64,000 nucleotides of DNA from an archaeon GW2011_AR15 (GCA_000830295.1 CP010425.1:806884-870883), one strand, 5' to 3'; numbered from the stretch's first letter, positions 1 through 10,054 are shown. The notes: generated by a model not told the origin, from the letters alone. Program-made: numbers and translations.

Positions 1-800
1 GTTTCCCCGATTACCATAAAATTAAATTTGTGCTCGATGCCCAGCCATAAGTAAGCAAAAGTCTGTGCAGTAGCAGTCCCGAAGTTTATAAGGTGTATAG
101 GCGTCCATGGCTCTTTTGTGAATTTCCTTATAGTGAATGTAGGGCCTCTTGTAGTTATATCTTCTGTATACGTGGCATTGACCCTTGACCCGTCGGGAAG
201 GGTTCCGTCAAGAAGCGGCTTGGCATAGCTGACATACCTCCCGCATTTCTGCGCCAGTTTTTCCACGAAATCAGTAAGCTCCTGAATTTCCCTGAAAATG
301 ACATTTGTCCTCAGGTTTTCATATTTCCTGTGCACAATATAGACGGGAAACTGCAGCCCGTTGCATTCTATATCCTCAATGTAATAATCATTCAGCAGAG
401 GCTCTATCTTATTCAGGCCGACGGAATTCCTGAATATGTAATACATGATCTTTAAATAGGTCTCTCTGGATACGCTTGTGCCAAGCTCAATGAGGATGGC
501 CTGCACATTCTTTTCAAGATACTGGAGGATCTGGTTGGCTTTCTCTATCTTGACGAGGCTGATATTTATCATTTCTTCAAGGGCAAGCATGACCAGCCTA
601 AGGATTTCTTTTTCAGAATCCTTGAGCTCAGGCTCCTCTACACTGTAGAGCAGTTCCTTCCTCTCATCGCTCCAGTAAATCCTTGCATAGGCATATGGCG
701 GCAGAAGGGGGTATCTCACATTGATTTTGGTCCTGTCTTTGCCATCAGGAAGATCATAAATTTTCAGATTGCTCTCAATTTTAAAGATGCTCTCAGCCAT
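1..800 (-). CDS. Type IV pilus / archaellum assembly ATPase (FlaI/ArlI/PilB, VirB11-GspE family), N-terminal part; C-terminus lies beyond the window start
   Basis: ATG at 798-800 (minus strand) with the frame open to position 1. Translation MAESIFKIESNLKIYDLPDGKDRTKINVRYPLLPPYAYARIYWSDERKELLYSVEEPEL...GTSVSRETYLKIMYYIFRNSVGLNKIEPLLNDYYIEDIECNG resembles the N-domain of FlaI/GspE secretion ATPases. The ORF track omits it because it is truncated by the window edge. Confidence 0.65.
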   Translation of the reverse strand, partial: MAESIFKIESNLKIYDLPDGKDRTKINVRYPLLPPYAYARIYWSDERKELLYSVEEPELKDSEKEILRLVMLALEEMINISLVKIEKANQILQYLEKNVQAILIELGTSVSRETYLKIMYYIFRNSVGLNKIEPLLNDYYIEDIECNGLQFPVYIVHRKYENLRTNVIFREIQELTDFVEKLAQKCGRYVSYAKPLLDGTLPDGSRVNATYTEDITTRGPTFTIRKFTKEPWTPIHLINFGTATAQTFAYLWLGIEHKFNFMVIGE

Positions 801-1538
801 CTAATTTACCTCAACATTTCTGACGTTCACTGTTAAAAAGTCCGCATAGCTGTCAAGAATGAATTCAAGGTCATACTCTACAAAGGTGGTATTAAGATGG
901 GCAATAACCCTTGCCCTTCCTACATCTGTGTTGTTTCCGGCAGGGACCATTTCAGTATATCCGTTCCCTGTTTTTGAAGTTTCATCATTATTCATACTGA
1001 ATGTAAACGTCCCGTTCATGTTTATTCCGTTGTAGCTGACATTCTCTATTATCTGCGAAGTATTGAAGGTAACCCAGCTGTCGCTGCTTCCAAACTTGTT
1101 TATGACAGCGCGGAAAGTGTCATTCTCTATTCTTGTTTCCATTACATAATAACCAGCAGTCTCATACGTCTTTATGTTGGCATTGCTGGCGATAACAAGA
1201 TTGCCCAGTTTTGTGCTTGTTTTCGGGCTTATCAGCTCGCTTTCAGTTTCAACTTCCCAGATAAATTCATTGTCCTCAAACCTGACTTTGCCATCCCTGA
1301 CATCAAATGCAGCAGTTGCCTGTGATCCTTCTCCCTGACTGGCGATTTCCCTTATCTGGTTGTCAAGCTCTATTGCTATTCCTCTTACCCTCTCCAGCAC
1401 TGCCCTTTCCCTCAATTCCGTAAGAAGAGGAATCCCCGTATTCAGGATTATCACAAGGGCCAGTATAGAGACCAGCGTATATATTATTGCAGATATCCAT
1501 ATCTGCCCCTTTTTCCGTGAGTTAAATTTTTTTTTCAT
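801..1538 (-). CDS. Pilin-like protein with archaeal class III (type IV prepilin) signal peptide
   Basis: N-terminus MKKKFNSRKKGQIWISAIIYTLVSILALVIIL: a basic stretch, a KGQ prepilin-peptidase-type cleavage motif, then a hydrophobic helix. Sits directly downstream of the ATPase. Confidence 0.55.
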   Translation of the reverse strand: MKKKFNSRKKGQIWISAIIYTLVSILALVIILNTGIPLLTELRERAVLERVRGIAIELDNQIREIASQGEGSQATAAFDVRDGKVRFEDNEFIWEVETESELISPKTSTKLGNLVIASNANIKTYETAGYYVMETRIENDTFRAVINKFGSSDSWVTFNTSQIIENVSYNGINMNGTFTFSMNNDETSKTGNGYTEMVPAGNNTDVGRARVIAHLNTTFVEYDLEFILDSYADFLTVNVRNVEVN

Positions 1539-1929
1539 AGGTCAATTCCTCGCAATTGTTGATATAAAACCTGTATTTCTCATTAATTGTGATATTCTCA
1601 ACCTCAGCCTTCCTTCTTTCTTTCCCTATTATCACAGGCTCAAAGACAACAGTCCGGATATCCCCTGAATCGGAAACAATGGTAAGGCTGGTTATGTTTT
1701 GGTTGTAATTCTTGCTGTCAAACTCAAACTTCAGCAGGTTATTCGTATATTGCGGATTGATTACCTCATAATTCATACTGCCGCAGTCAAACTCATCTTT
1801 TCTGGCGTTAATAGTAAGGAAGCCGGTCCTGAAAAATCCAAAGATCTGCGTAATAAACATAAAAAGGAAAAATACAAAGGCCATAGTAAGCAGCATCTTT
1901 AGTTTTGAATATTTTGCCATTTTCAGCAT
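1522..1929 (-). CDS. Small membrane protein in the pilus locus (one N-terminal TM helix)
   Basis: ORF with N-terminal hydrophobic segment LLTMAFVFFLFMFITQIFGFF. Tightly packed and overlapping its neighbours in the pilin gene array. Confidence 0.35.
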   Translation of the reverse strand: MLKMAKYSKLKMLLTMAFVFFLFMFITQIFGFFRTGFLTINARKDEFDCGSMNYEVINPQYTNNLLKFEFDSKNYNQNITSLTIVSDSGDIRTVVFEPVIIGKERRKAEVENITINEKYRFYINNCEELTYEKKI

Positions 1930-2435
1930 TGATCTAAGTCTTCAACCTCCAGTTCGCTGTCAGAGCATATATTGACACTGTCTGCGGAATAATCAAGTAT
2001 AGGCGAGATTATCACTTTTGTTGGCGGGAAAGTGAAGTTTGAGCCATCATCCAATGTCGCAATGCTTATATTGTATTTGGTCCTGTTATGGCCTCCAAGC
2101 ACAGTGAGGGCATCAGCAGTTTTTATATTATTATTGAAATCAAGCAGGAATATCCTTACTCCTTCTATGTCCACGCTGCCCTGATTTTCTACCACTACCT
2201 CCAGGTTGCTGGAGCCGGTGCGGTTGTAGCATATCAGTTCTTCATTACTAACATCAACTATTTTAAGAGAGATGTCAAGAGAGCATTTTAGATTCTTGTC
2301 TATCTGCCTTGTTGCCCTCTCCTTAAACTCAAGGGTTGTTCCTTCCTGGAATCTCATCACCATAATGCCTACAGAGATTGTCATGGCTACAAGCAATACA
2401 GTTGCTATTAATGGTGATACAGCTTTTTTTAGCAT
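1923..2435 (-). CDS. Archaeal type IV pilin (Pilin_N-type N-terminal domain)
   Basis: N-terminus MLKKAVSPLIATVLLVAMTISVGIMV matches the canonical archaeal pilin N-terminal consensus (KK-A/G-VSP-IATVLL...). Confidence 0.6.
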   Translation of the reverse strand: MLKKAVSPLIATVLLVAMTISVGIMVMRFQEGTTLEFKERATRQIDKNLKCSLDISLKIVDVSNEELICYNRTGSSNLEVVVENQGSVDIEGVRIFLLDFNNNIKTADALTVLGGHNRTKYNISIATLDDGSNFTFPPTKVIISPILDYSADSVNICSDSELEVEDLDQC

Positions 2436-2902
2436 TGTTTCAACTCATTCACTTCTCTTACTACTGCCTGCTCTTCGCAGTATATGTATTTGCCTTTCTT
2501 TTTTGCTATTGGAATAACAGTTATCTGGGATAAGGTGCCGTGCTTAAGCACTTTTAGCTTCTCTGTGTCTCCTGTGGTAAGCTGGTCAAATAATACCTGT
2601 GACTGAAGGTAAGTTTCTTCATCAGGATGCACACCGATGAACCTGAATGACAGGCCTTCAAGGGCAAGCTTCCCCGGATTTGTTATATTCAGGTAAAGCA
2701 CACTGTATGTCTGGCATGAGCCTTTAACAGAGAGCGCAACATCAGCGCACACAAGAGGGTCTGTTCTCTGCTCAATCTCCTGGCTCCTTAACTTTGCCTG
2801 TTCAATTGACCAGTTGTAAAGGACATAGCTGAGCACCATTACTAATCCGAATATCATAATCCAGCTGAGATATTCTGACTGTGCTTTTTTGCTGCTATTC
2901 AT
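2429..2902 (-). CDS. Pilus-associated membrane protein
   Basis: Single TM near the N-terminus (WIMIFGLVMVLSYVLY). Overlaps neighbouring pilin genes by a few nt, which suggests an operon. Confidence 0.4.
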   Translation of the reverse strand: MNSSKKAQSEYLSWIMIFGLVMVLSYVLYNWSIEQAKLRSQEIEQRTDPLVCADVALSVKGSCQTYSVLYLNITNPGKLALEGLSFRFIGVHPDEETYLQSQVLFDQLTTGDTEKLKVLKHGTLSQITVIPIAKKKGKYIYCEEQAVVREVNELKQC

Positions 2903-3371
2903 TCTGGATCACCAGGGTTTTCAGTTCCACTTCCCGCTGGGATGAGAAAGTAAAGGTGTAAGAATCCTGACCGACTGTTATAGGCACAGAATCGTCAAAG
3001 TCTGTCTGATATTCATGTTCCGGCTGCAGCGTTATCCCCAGATCGCTTATAGTGGCATTTTCCTCAAGATAGTTGCCTATAAATATCTGGTCATTATATG
3101 AATAGAGATACATGACCCCAAGCCCGACACCTTTTTCCTCAGCATAATCTATAAAATACTCTGTGAAGTTTTTCAGCTCCGCAGATATGTTTTTTTCATG
3201 GTAAATTGCATTGTCTATCACTATGGTTGCCTCATACTTGTAGTTATTAAGGTAATTCTGGGTATTGCTTACCTTTCCTGTTTTTATGCTGGACCTGTTT
3301 GAAACTATTGCGAAAACTAACCCAAGCAATACAAGTGTTGCAAACATGTAAAACTGCGCCCTCTTTTTCAT
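2895..3371 (-). CDS. Pilin-like protein (basic N-terminus plus hydrophobic helix)
   Basis: MKKRAQFYMFATLVLLGLVFAIVS class III-like signal peptide. Part of the same minus-strand array. Confidence 0.45.
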   Translation of the reverse strand: MKKRAQFYMFATLVLLGLVFAIVSNRSSIKTGKVSNTQNYLNNYKYEATIVIDNAIYHEKNISAELKNFTEYFIDYAEEKGVGLGVMYLYSYNDQIFIGNYLEENATISDLGITLQPEHEYQTDFDDSVPITVGQDSYTFTFSSQREVELKTLVIQNE

Positions 3372-3380
3372 TTTAATCTA

Positions 3381-6300
3381 CTAATCTACTAGTGTAACCC
3401 TTCCTGATTCAGAGCCGGGGTTTGTGAACCTTATAACCCTCTCGCCTGAACCTGATACTGTGTTCCTTATAAGCGTATTATAATCTCCTGTCTCAAGCTC
3501 TGCACCGATATCAGACGCTATTGCAAAGTCATTATATCTTAATATGTAGTTTATTATATAGACATCCTGTATGCTGTAAGCAAAGGAAGGGTTTATGTCA
3601 TCAAGGAAAGTATTGTCATCCAGCTTTCTTTCCCTTTCATTCAGGCTTTTCTGCCTTGTGTTGAAGATGAATATATTGCTTCCGACTTCTATGTCAGATA
3701 CTTCCAGCCTGTTGTCAGGGTAGCCATATTCAGTAATATCTATTTCAGCGTCTGTTGCAAGTCCTACTCTTCTGCTTGCTCCAATCCCGTAATAATGTAT
3801 GTGGTTTGTCTTGCCAGATGCATCTGTGATTTCAGCATTTTCATATGTCACATTCAGGAAGAGGCGTGTTACATTCATCGTTGTATTGAATTCAAGGTCA
3901 TCATTTGCGAGCCTTAACTCATATTCGCCGCTGTCAGGATAAGTGAAGGATACATTAAATGTCCCGTCTCCCACGTCAAATATGTATGCATCAGTCTGCA
4001 CTCCGTTTACATAAAGCTTAAGGTCACTTATGCCGGTTACGCTGCTGCCTGAATCTGTTAAGTTCACATTGAAGGTCTTTATAAGATCCTGATATGCCAC
4101 TATGCCTGCAGGTCCGCTAAGCGTATCCGGAGTTGCAGAGGAATTAACTGCAATCCCGAAAGTAGGGTTATGGGTATTTCCGGCCAGGTCAGTACAGCTA
4201 ATCACAAAAGAGTAATTGCCGTTGCTTAATCCGATTACTTTGGACTCGTGATATGTTGTGTTTGTGTATGAAAATATGACAATCTCTTCAGTAATAGGAT
4301 CATTGTAATCGCATACAGCCGGCTCATTGGTCCATACTTTAAGTATAGGGCTGTTTGTCACTATAGTTACAGTCGGCTCAAATGACACTGTCGGAGGGTC
4401 AAAGTCAAGTATGACGACATCCTGGTTGGACCATCTCCAGATGCCTGCTCCGTTAAGTGCCCCCACAGTAGCATTATATGTTTCTGAGGCCACGCCTGAC
4501 ACAGAATAAGACAATGAGGCAGTATCATTTACCAGCACAAGATACTGCGGCACTCCGTTTGTATCACTAAGGTTTATCATATAGTTGACAACACCGGATT
4601 CTTCATCTGTTGCTGCAGACCAGGTATATGTTACATTATCACCGGTCTTTTGCTCGCTTAATATATCGGGTTTCGATGCAGGGGAGTTGTCAATAGAGAT
4701 ATTGATTGAGCTTAATGCACCCCAGTTTCCTGCAGTATCCCTTGCCTTAATCTTGAAATAATATGAGCCTGACTGCAGGCCTGTGAATGTTTTATCTAAT
4801 TCTCCTGCAAGGTCGCTAAGGCTGCCTTCTGGTATGCTGTCCGGCTCTGCATTGGAGGTTGTTGTAAGGACATAGCTGTATGCGTTCACTCCTGAGAGTA
4901 CATCACTGCCCAGCCATGAGAAATTCAGAAGAGCAGCATATACCCAGGTGCTGCTTCCTATGCCTTCAGTTGATTGGTATTCACTGGTTGATAGGTTCTT
5001 GAATGTCCCATACAGGCTTGAGATTGTCGGGGAGACCAAATCTACTGTAAGTCCATCAGAGGTTGAGTTTGCAGACAACCCCGCAGAGTTTATTGTGGAT
5101 AGGTTCACATAAAGAGTTGAATTGTGAGCTAGGTTAAGCCCGGAAGTGGTTACAGTGGTGTTTACAGTGTGTATATCCCTTAAAGTTGTGCCGTTCTCAT
5201 GGTAGAGCACATAATGATAATCCAAAGGTATCCCAAACAGGTCAGACTCAGAGTCGCTTGCGCCTGACCAGGATATAGTTATGCTCTGGTTGTTATTAGT
5301 ATAGTTCCCGTCATTGATAGTGGCTGCAGTCGGCTCAGTGGTATCAAGCCCTGCCCCTGTTATGTTGTAGTAGATAGTGTCATTAGTTGTGGAATATACT
5401 CCTGAATAGTTTATCTGGTAAAAGACAACTTTTAAGCCGTTTCCAGTAGTCAAGTCCCAGAGCCTGTCTGAGACGCAGCTTTCCCACTGCGTCCATCCGG
5501 CATAGCCGCTGTCAGGCAGGGAGGTTGCATTTGGATAGTTTGTATATTTGCACCCTATTGCATTGTTATCAAAAGTCAAATGAAGGAAGACTGCAGTTTG
5601 TGAAGTATATTCCTGGTTGGTCTGCTCGACTCCGGTTACTCCGAGGTTCCTTATGGTTATGCTTGCACTAGGATCTACACAATTATAGGTTGCAAGTGAG
5701 CACACCAGCCCACCTGTGCAATCATCATTGGATACACAGTCTTTCCATGTTCCAGCATCGCAGTAATCATTATCCCCGTCGCCGTCAACATCTGCTGAGT
5801 GCACGCCATCATTGTAGCAGGTGCTGCTGGCTACGCAATCAGAGGTTGCCAGGCAGCAGGCATCGTCGCTTGAATTGTCAGCATATCCATTATCCATAGA
5901 TAGTTCATCGACCACTCTTGTATTCTTATTTTGGCTTGAGTCATCTCCACAGCATACAGTTCCGTTGACTTCGCCGCTTATGTTCCAGTATCCTGAGCCT
6001 ACTATTGCAGTACATGCAGCGCTTGAAGCATCTCCGCCATACCATGTGCTGCTTGCCCCGCAATATGCCTTGCTTGGTATTGAGGCGGAGCTAGCGCTTC
6101 CTGTTGCTACGCATGCGCCATTATAGTTGCAGTCTGTAGCGACATTACAGCATGCAGTTACAGCATTATTGTATCCGGCAGGCGCGTCAGTGCTTGAAGC
6201 TTCGGTAATGACTGCCTCTTCAGTATCATCGCCGCAGCAGGTTGTTGTTCCACAGGAGGCGTCTCCTGTACAATCTCCTGCGCCCAGGGCCCATCCAGGG

Positions 6301-6587
6301 CCGCCGTTGCATGTACCATATGCAGTGCATGCACCCGTACTTGTATCACCGGTAACGCCTGTGCATGAATTATCGTTTACAGCACAAACAATCACTCTCT
6401 CATTTCCAGGCAAAACAGTCAGGAATATGAAATAGACAAAGAAACAAAGCACGACAAGAAAGAAAGTCCTCTGGAAAGAGGCTCTTGAACCAATATTAAG
6501 ATGGAGAATACTATGTTTCCTACTATCTTCAAACCTTATTGGGCTCTTTAGCCCGCCCAGTTTACCCATTATCAACCTCTTTTTCAA
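3381..6587 (-). CDS. Large secreted or anchored Cys-rich, Ser/Thr/Asn-rich surface protein (candidate adhesin or pilus-associated protein), 1068 aa
   Basis: N-terminal TM/signal (FFLVVLCFFVYFIFLTVL). Cys-rich repeated modules (CTGVTGDTSTGACTAYGTCNGG..., CCGDD..., CTGGLVCS). A long S/T/N-rich region with many N-x-S/T sequons. The true start may be the internal Met at residue 7. Confidence 0.6.
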   Translation of the reverse strand: MKKRLIMGKLGGLKSPIRFEDSRKHSILHLNIGSRASFQRTFFLVVLCFFVYFIFLTVLPGNERVIVCAVNDNSCTGVTGDTSTGACTAYGTCNGGPGWALGAGDCTGDASCGTTTCCGDDTEEAVITEASSTDAPAGYNNAVTACCNVATDCNYNGACVATGSASSASIPSKAYCGASSTWYGGDASSAACTAIVGSGYWNISGEVNGTVCCGDDSSQNKNTRVVDELSMDNGYADNSSDDACCLATSDCVASSTCYNDGVHSADVDGDGDNDYCDAGTWKDCVSNDDCTGGLVCSLATYNCVDPSASITIRNLGVTGVEQTNQEYTSQTAVFLHLTFDNNAIGCKYTNYPNATSLPDSGYAGWTQWESCVSDRLWDLTTGNGLKVVFYQINYSGVYSTTNDTIYYNITGAGLDTTEPTAATINDGNYTNNNQSITISWSGASDSESDLFGIPLDYHYVLYHENGTTLRDIHTVNTTVTTSGLNLAHNSTLYVNLSTINSAGLSANSTSDGLTVDLVSPTISSLYGTFKNLSTSEYQSTEGIGSSTWVYAALLNFSWLGSDVLSGVNAYSYVLTTTSNAEPDSIPEGSLSDLAGELDKTFTGLQSGSYYFKIKARDTAGNWGALSSINISIDNSPASKPDILSEQKTGDNVTYTWSAATDEESGVVNYMINLSDTNGVPQYLVLVNDTASLSYSVSGVASETYNATVGALNGAGIWRWSNQDVVILDFDPPTVSFEPTVTIVTNSPILKVWTNEPAVCDYNDPITEEIVIFSYTNTTYHESKVIGLSNGNYSFVISCTDLAGNTHNPTFGIAVNSSATPDTLSGPAGIVAYQDLIKTFNVNLTDSGSSVTGISDLKLYVNGVQTDAYIFDVGDGTFNVSFTYPDSGEYELRLANDDLEFNTTMNVTRLFLNVTYENAEITDASGKTNHIHYYGIGASRRVGLATDAEIDITEYGYPDNRLEVSDIEVGSNIFIFNTRQKSLNERERKLDDNTFLDDINPSFAYSIQDVYIINYILRYNDFAIASDIGAELETGDYNTLIRNTVSGSGERVIRFTNPGSESGRVTLVD

Positions 6588-6866
6588 TATACTTTGATAT
6601 TATAGTATTTATTTTTGTCGATATTTTGGCATCTGTTTCTCTACATATCTCTTTAACCTTCTCATATAAATTTCTATCGATTGAGATGCTTATTTTTACC
6701 TTTGTTACATCATTTTTCATAAAGTATTACTTTCATTACTTTTCCTACTTATATATTTTTGCTAAACTCAAACGCAAACCAACCATATTGGTTGGCTCCT
6801 GAGCCCGAAAATAATTGGCATTTTCGAGGGGTTTATTAATGGGACAGCATCTACAATGCTGGGAGA

Positions 6867-8336
6867 ATGGAACTAAAAGGCTATCATTATCTGATTTTAG
6901 GGCTGCTGCTGGCATTTGCTTTTTTCAGCACATACAGTGAAACGCATTTGGAGTATCCCTTCCCATACCATCATGATGAATGGCAGCACCTCGGCATCTC
7001 AATGCAGGCAATGGAAGAGGGATATAATAAAGTATATAATCCATTTCTTGGGGCCCCTGGATGGCATGCAGATCTCGAGTCAGGATTCCACCTGTTTTTG
7101 GCAAACATATTCCTCATGACAGGTCTTAATCCTGTTCTGAGCTACCAGTACCTTGCTGCTATATTTGCAGTAATTACAGGATTTGTCATTTTTCTCTGTG
7201 TTTACAGGCTTACAGGCAAATTTTATGCCGGAATTCTTGCATTAATTGTGTTTATCTCTTTAAAATCTAATGTAAATATACTTGGAAAAAGCTATTTTGT
7301 GCCTATGACAATGGCAATGCCCTTTATCTTCCTCTTTATCCTTTTCTTCCTCACCTCCCTGAAAGAGAAAAGCCATAAGAAATTCCTTTTTTCCTTTGTC
7401 CTGCTGTTTTTGATTTTCCTGATACATCCGCCGTCTGCAATCATACTCGGGATTCCTGTGCTCGTTGAAATCCTCTTCAATATTGGCTTTATGGAGAAGA
7501 TATATGAAAAATTCAGGTTTTTTTTTCTTGCGCTGCCTTTTTTTGCCCTTTTGGTATTTCTCCTGCTCTGGAAAGGGGAATGGCAGGCAACTCTTGGCTA
7601 TTTTTCAGACCTGCTGGTCTTTGAGCAGGGATGGGGGAAAATTGAGATTGCATATTTCCTGCCCGCATTGTACGGATGGGCGGCGACCTTGTTTGCAGTC
7701 TACGGGTTTGTAGTGGCCAATAAAATGAAATTAAGATTCTTCATGATATTTGCATTTGTTTCAATAGGCATGACTGCTTTTTTCAATATCTTTGGGTTTG
7801 CAGTAGTGATACCTTATTCAAGGGCAATCCATTACTCTATGCTTTCTCTTCTCCCACTGACGGCACTGGGGGTTTTAAGCGCATTACAATTAGTATACAG
7901 GAAGATTGAAAATAATGATGCATTGCAGACCCTGGCTTGCTTTGTATTTCTCCTGATAGTTGTCAGTTCCTCTTATACTCTTGACACGCAGTATAAGACC
8001 TATGGGCAGCTTCCACTGGATAGGCAGGATTACAATGCACTTATATGGATAAAAGAAACTTATGGTTCTGATAATGTTCTTGTTACGCCGTATTTCATGA
8101 CGTCTGCAGTTTATCCTGTAAGCGGAAGCAAGGCAATCTCCCTGATACCTTCGCAGATGGGTGGTGGCCTTATAGAAGAAAACCTGAACTTCTACACATA
8201 TACCTGCGATAAGCAGGAAGAAATTGCAGGGCAGGCAAATGCAAGCCTTGTACTGAGCAAGCTTCCCATAGAGTGCAGTTTTCTGGAACAGGTTTATTCA
8301 AGAGGGGATTTTGTCTATTCTGTAAGAACTATTTAA
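6867..8336 (+). CDS. Polytopic integral membrane protein (>=10 TM), possible GT-C-fold glycosyltransferase or glycan polymerase
   Basis: 489-aa ORF dominated by hydrophobic helices with a soluble C-terminal ~120 aa. No confident family motif recognised. Confidence 0.45.
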   Translation: MELKGYHYLILGLLLAFAFFSTYSETHLEYPFPYHHDEWQHLGISMQAMEEGYNKVYNPFLGAPGWHADLESGFHLFLANIFLMTGLNPVLSYQYLAAIFAVITGFVIFLCVYRLTGKFYAGILALIVFISLKSNVNILGKSYFVPMTMAMPFIFLFILFFLTSLKEKSHKKFLFSFVLLFLIFLIHPPSAIILGIPVLVEILFNIGFMEKIYEKFRFFFLALPFFALLVFLLLWKGEWQATLGYFSDLLVFEQGWGKIEIAYFLPALYGWAATLFAVYGFVVANKMKLRFFMIFAFVSIGMTAFFNIFGFAVVIPYSRAIHYSMLSLLPLTALGVLSALQLVYRKIENNDALQTLACFVFLLIVVSSSYTLDTQYKTYGQLPLDRQDYNALIWIKETYGSDNVLVTPYFMTSAVYPVSGSKAISLIPSQMGGGLIEENLNFYTYTCDKQEEIAGQANASLVLSKLPIECSFLEQVYSRGDFVYSVRTI

Positions 8337-9951
8337 GAAGCTTCTGAAGCGTTTTTCCGAATTTGGTCTTCCCTATTGAATAGGTTAATTTGAAAAGTGG
8401 ATATGTAACAGAATTTCTCAGTTCTCCAAGGCGTTTTTCCAGGAAATCCACTTTCTGCTTAAACGCCTTCAGCTCTTTCTCAGTACTATTCTTCTCAGCT
8501 TTCAGAGTTTCCCAGGAGGTAATAAGGCCGTTTATCTCAGCATCCCTTTCTATCAATATTTTTTCAAGCTCGTGTTGTTTTTCCTTTAAATCTGATGCTT
8601 TCATTTTTCTTGACTCTATCTCTTCCTGAAGATTTAGGATATGCTTATCCCTCTTTTCTATCTCTTCTTCCAGCTTTTTTATGCTACCCTCCTTCCTGTC
8701 CCTTTCATCCCTCAGGCTCATGAACACCTCGCGCCTGCTGTCCAGTAGCTGGCTATGCCGGAACTCAGTTTTTGTCTTGTCAACAGACGGCTTCCAGCAG
8801 AAATTATCCAGAGGGCCGACCAGCTTATCCCATGCGTTATCAGAAACAAATTTCTCAATGTTCTTTTTCATAGCAGCCTTGTCTTTTTCACTTAATTTTA
8901 AAACCACGCTGGCAGTCTCTTCCGGAGTTTTTCCATCAATAACAACTCCTGTCTGGTATCTTTTCACCAGCTCTGCGACAGTATCCCCGCCGCTTACAAT
9001 AACAGGCAGCCTGCCGTACATTGCCTCGGAGACCCTTGTCCTGTAGGATAATTCTGTCTCCAGTATGCCCTGCGGATAAGTTGCAATGAACAAGTCAGAT
9101 TCGTTATAGATGCTATCAATATCCTCATAATCAGCATAGTCAAACAAAAAGACGGACTTGTTCAGCATTTTCTTATCTTTCACGAACCTGTAGAATTTGT
9201 TATAATTATCTTCGTAAAGTTTTTTGTAGACAAACGGGCTCTGTGCCCCGACAACAGCCAGAACATACTTATCACTTTTCTTCGAGATTTCATGCATTAT
9301 TCTCGCTGTCTGCATAGGGTCAAGCCAGTTGAAGAAAGTGCTCATCCACAAAATTATTTTTTTATCTCCAGGAATAGCTTTTCTCAGAATCTTTTTTTTC
9401 CCAAGGGGCTTTCCTGATTTCACACCGAAGGGGACAATTCCAACAAGATTTCTTTTCCTATTATATGGGTTTACTCTCCCCACGGCAGCCAGCATTCCAA
9501 GATAATACCTTCTTTGCCTTTCACTCGCACAGATGAAATAATCACCGTACTGGAAGGGAATCAGGGTTGAAAGGAATATGTCATCTGTAAACCTCCAGAA
9601 ATCACTTTGTGTTTTCTTATAATCGTAATGGATATGTTCAAGAAGGTAAGGGGCATAGACATCAACAACAATTGGGATTTTTACCCTGCTCAGGAATTCA
9701 TGGTCATCAAACCATATCTGTATAAAGGCGACATCGTATTTTCTTATGCCTTTAAGTATCTGTGCAGGAATGTAGCTGATGAATCTTATATTCTCCCTGG
9801 TAAGCTCCTTTCCCCTGTCCTTTTCAGCAATAGTAACCTTATGCCCTTTTTTTGTAAGGGCTTTGGCTAATTCCCATAACCTGATGCTTGGTCCAAAGGT
9901 CTTCCCGTCAGAAAAAACCTTCTTGTGGCTGAACATGATTATCTTAGACAT
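8329..9951 (-). CDS. GT4-family (GT-B) glycosyltransferase with a ~150-aa C-terminal coiled-coil extension
   Basis: Rossmann GT-B N-half (KGHKVTIAEKD...). C-half ...PVIVSGGDTVAELVKRYQTGVV... is typical of glycosyl transferase group 1. The K/E-rich heptad tail is ERDRKEGSIKKLEEEIEKRDKHILNLQEEIESRKMKASDLKEKQHELEKILIERDAEINGL. Confidence 0.65.
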   Translation of the reverse strand: MSKIIMFSHKKVFSDGKTFGPSIRLWELAKALTKKGHKVTIAEKDRGKELTRENIRFISYIPAQILKGIRKYDVAFIQIWFDDHEFLSRVKIPIVVDVYAPYLLEHIHYDYKKTQSDFWRFTDDIFLSTLIPFQYGDYFICASERQRRYYLGMLAAVGRVNPYNRKRNLVGIVPFGVKSGKPLGKKKILRKAIPGDKKIILWMSTFFNWLDPMQTARIMHEISKKSDKYVLAVVGAQSPFVYKKLYEDNYNKFYRFVKDKKMLNKSVFLFDYADYEDIDSIYNESDLFIATYPQGILETELSYRTRVSEAMYGRLPVIVSGGDTVAELVKRYQTGVVIDGKTPEETASVVLKLSEKDKAAMKKNIEKFVSDNAWDKLVGPLDNFCWKPSVDKTKTEFRHSQLLDSRREVFMSLRDERDRKEGSIKKLEEEIEKRDKHILNLQEEIESRKMKASDLKEKQHELEKILIERDAEINGLITSWETLKAEKNSTEKELKAFKQKVDFLEKRLGELRNSVTYPLFKLTYSIGKTKFGKTLQKLLK

Positions 9952-10054
9952 TTTACCCCTTTGGAATAGAAAAACTATATAAAAAGCTTGTGAATAGACA
10001 AATAGACCAGCAACAGGAAAGGTATTTGCAGTGGGGTGGACCCCTCATGCTTCC

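Noticed and set aside
6867-8336. AglB/STT3 oligosaccharyltransferase
   Set aside because: It is a polytopic membrane protein of roughly suitable topology. I could not find the WWDYG motif or the DxD/DK loop signatures, and at 489 aa it is short for STT3, so I kept the call generic.
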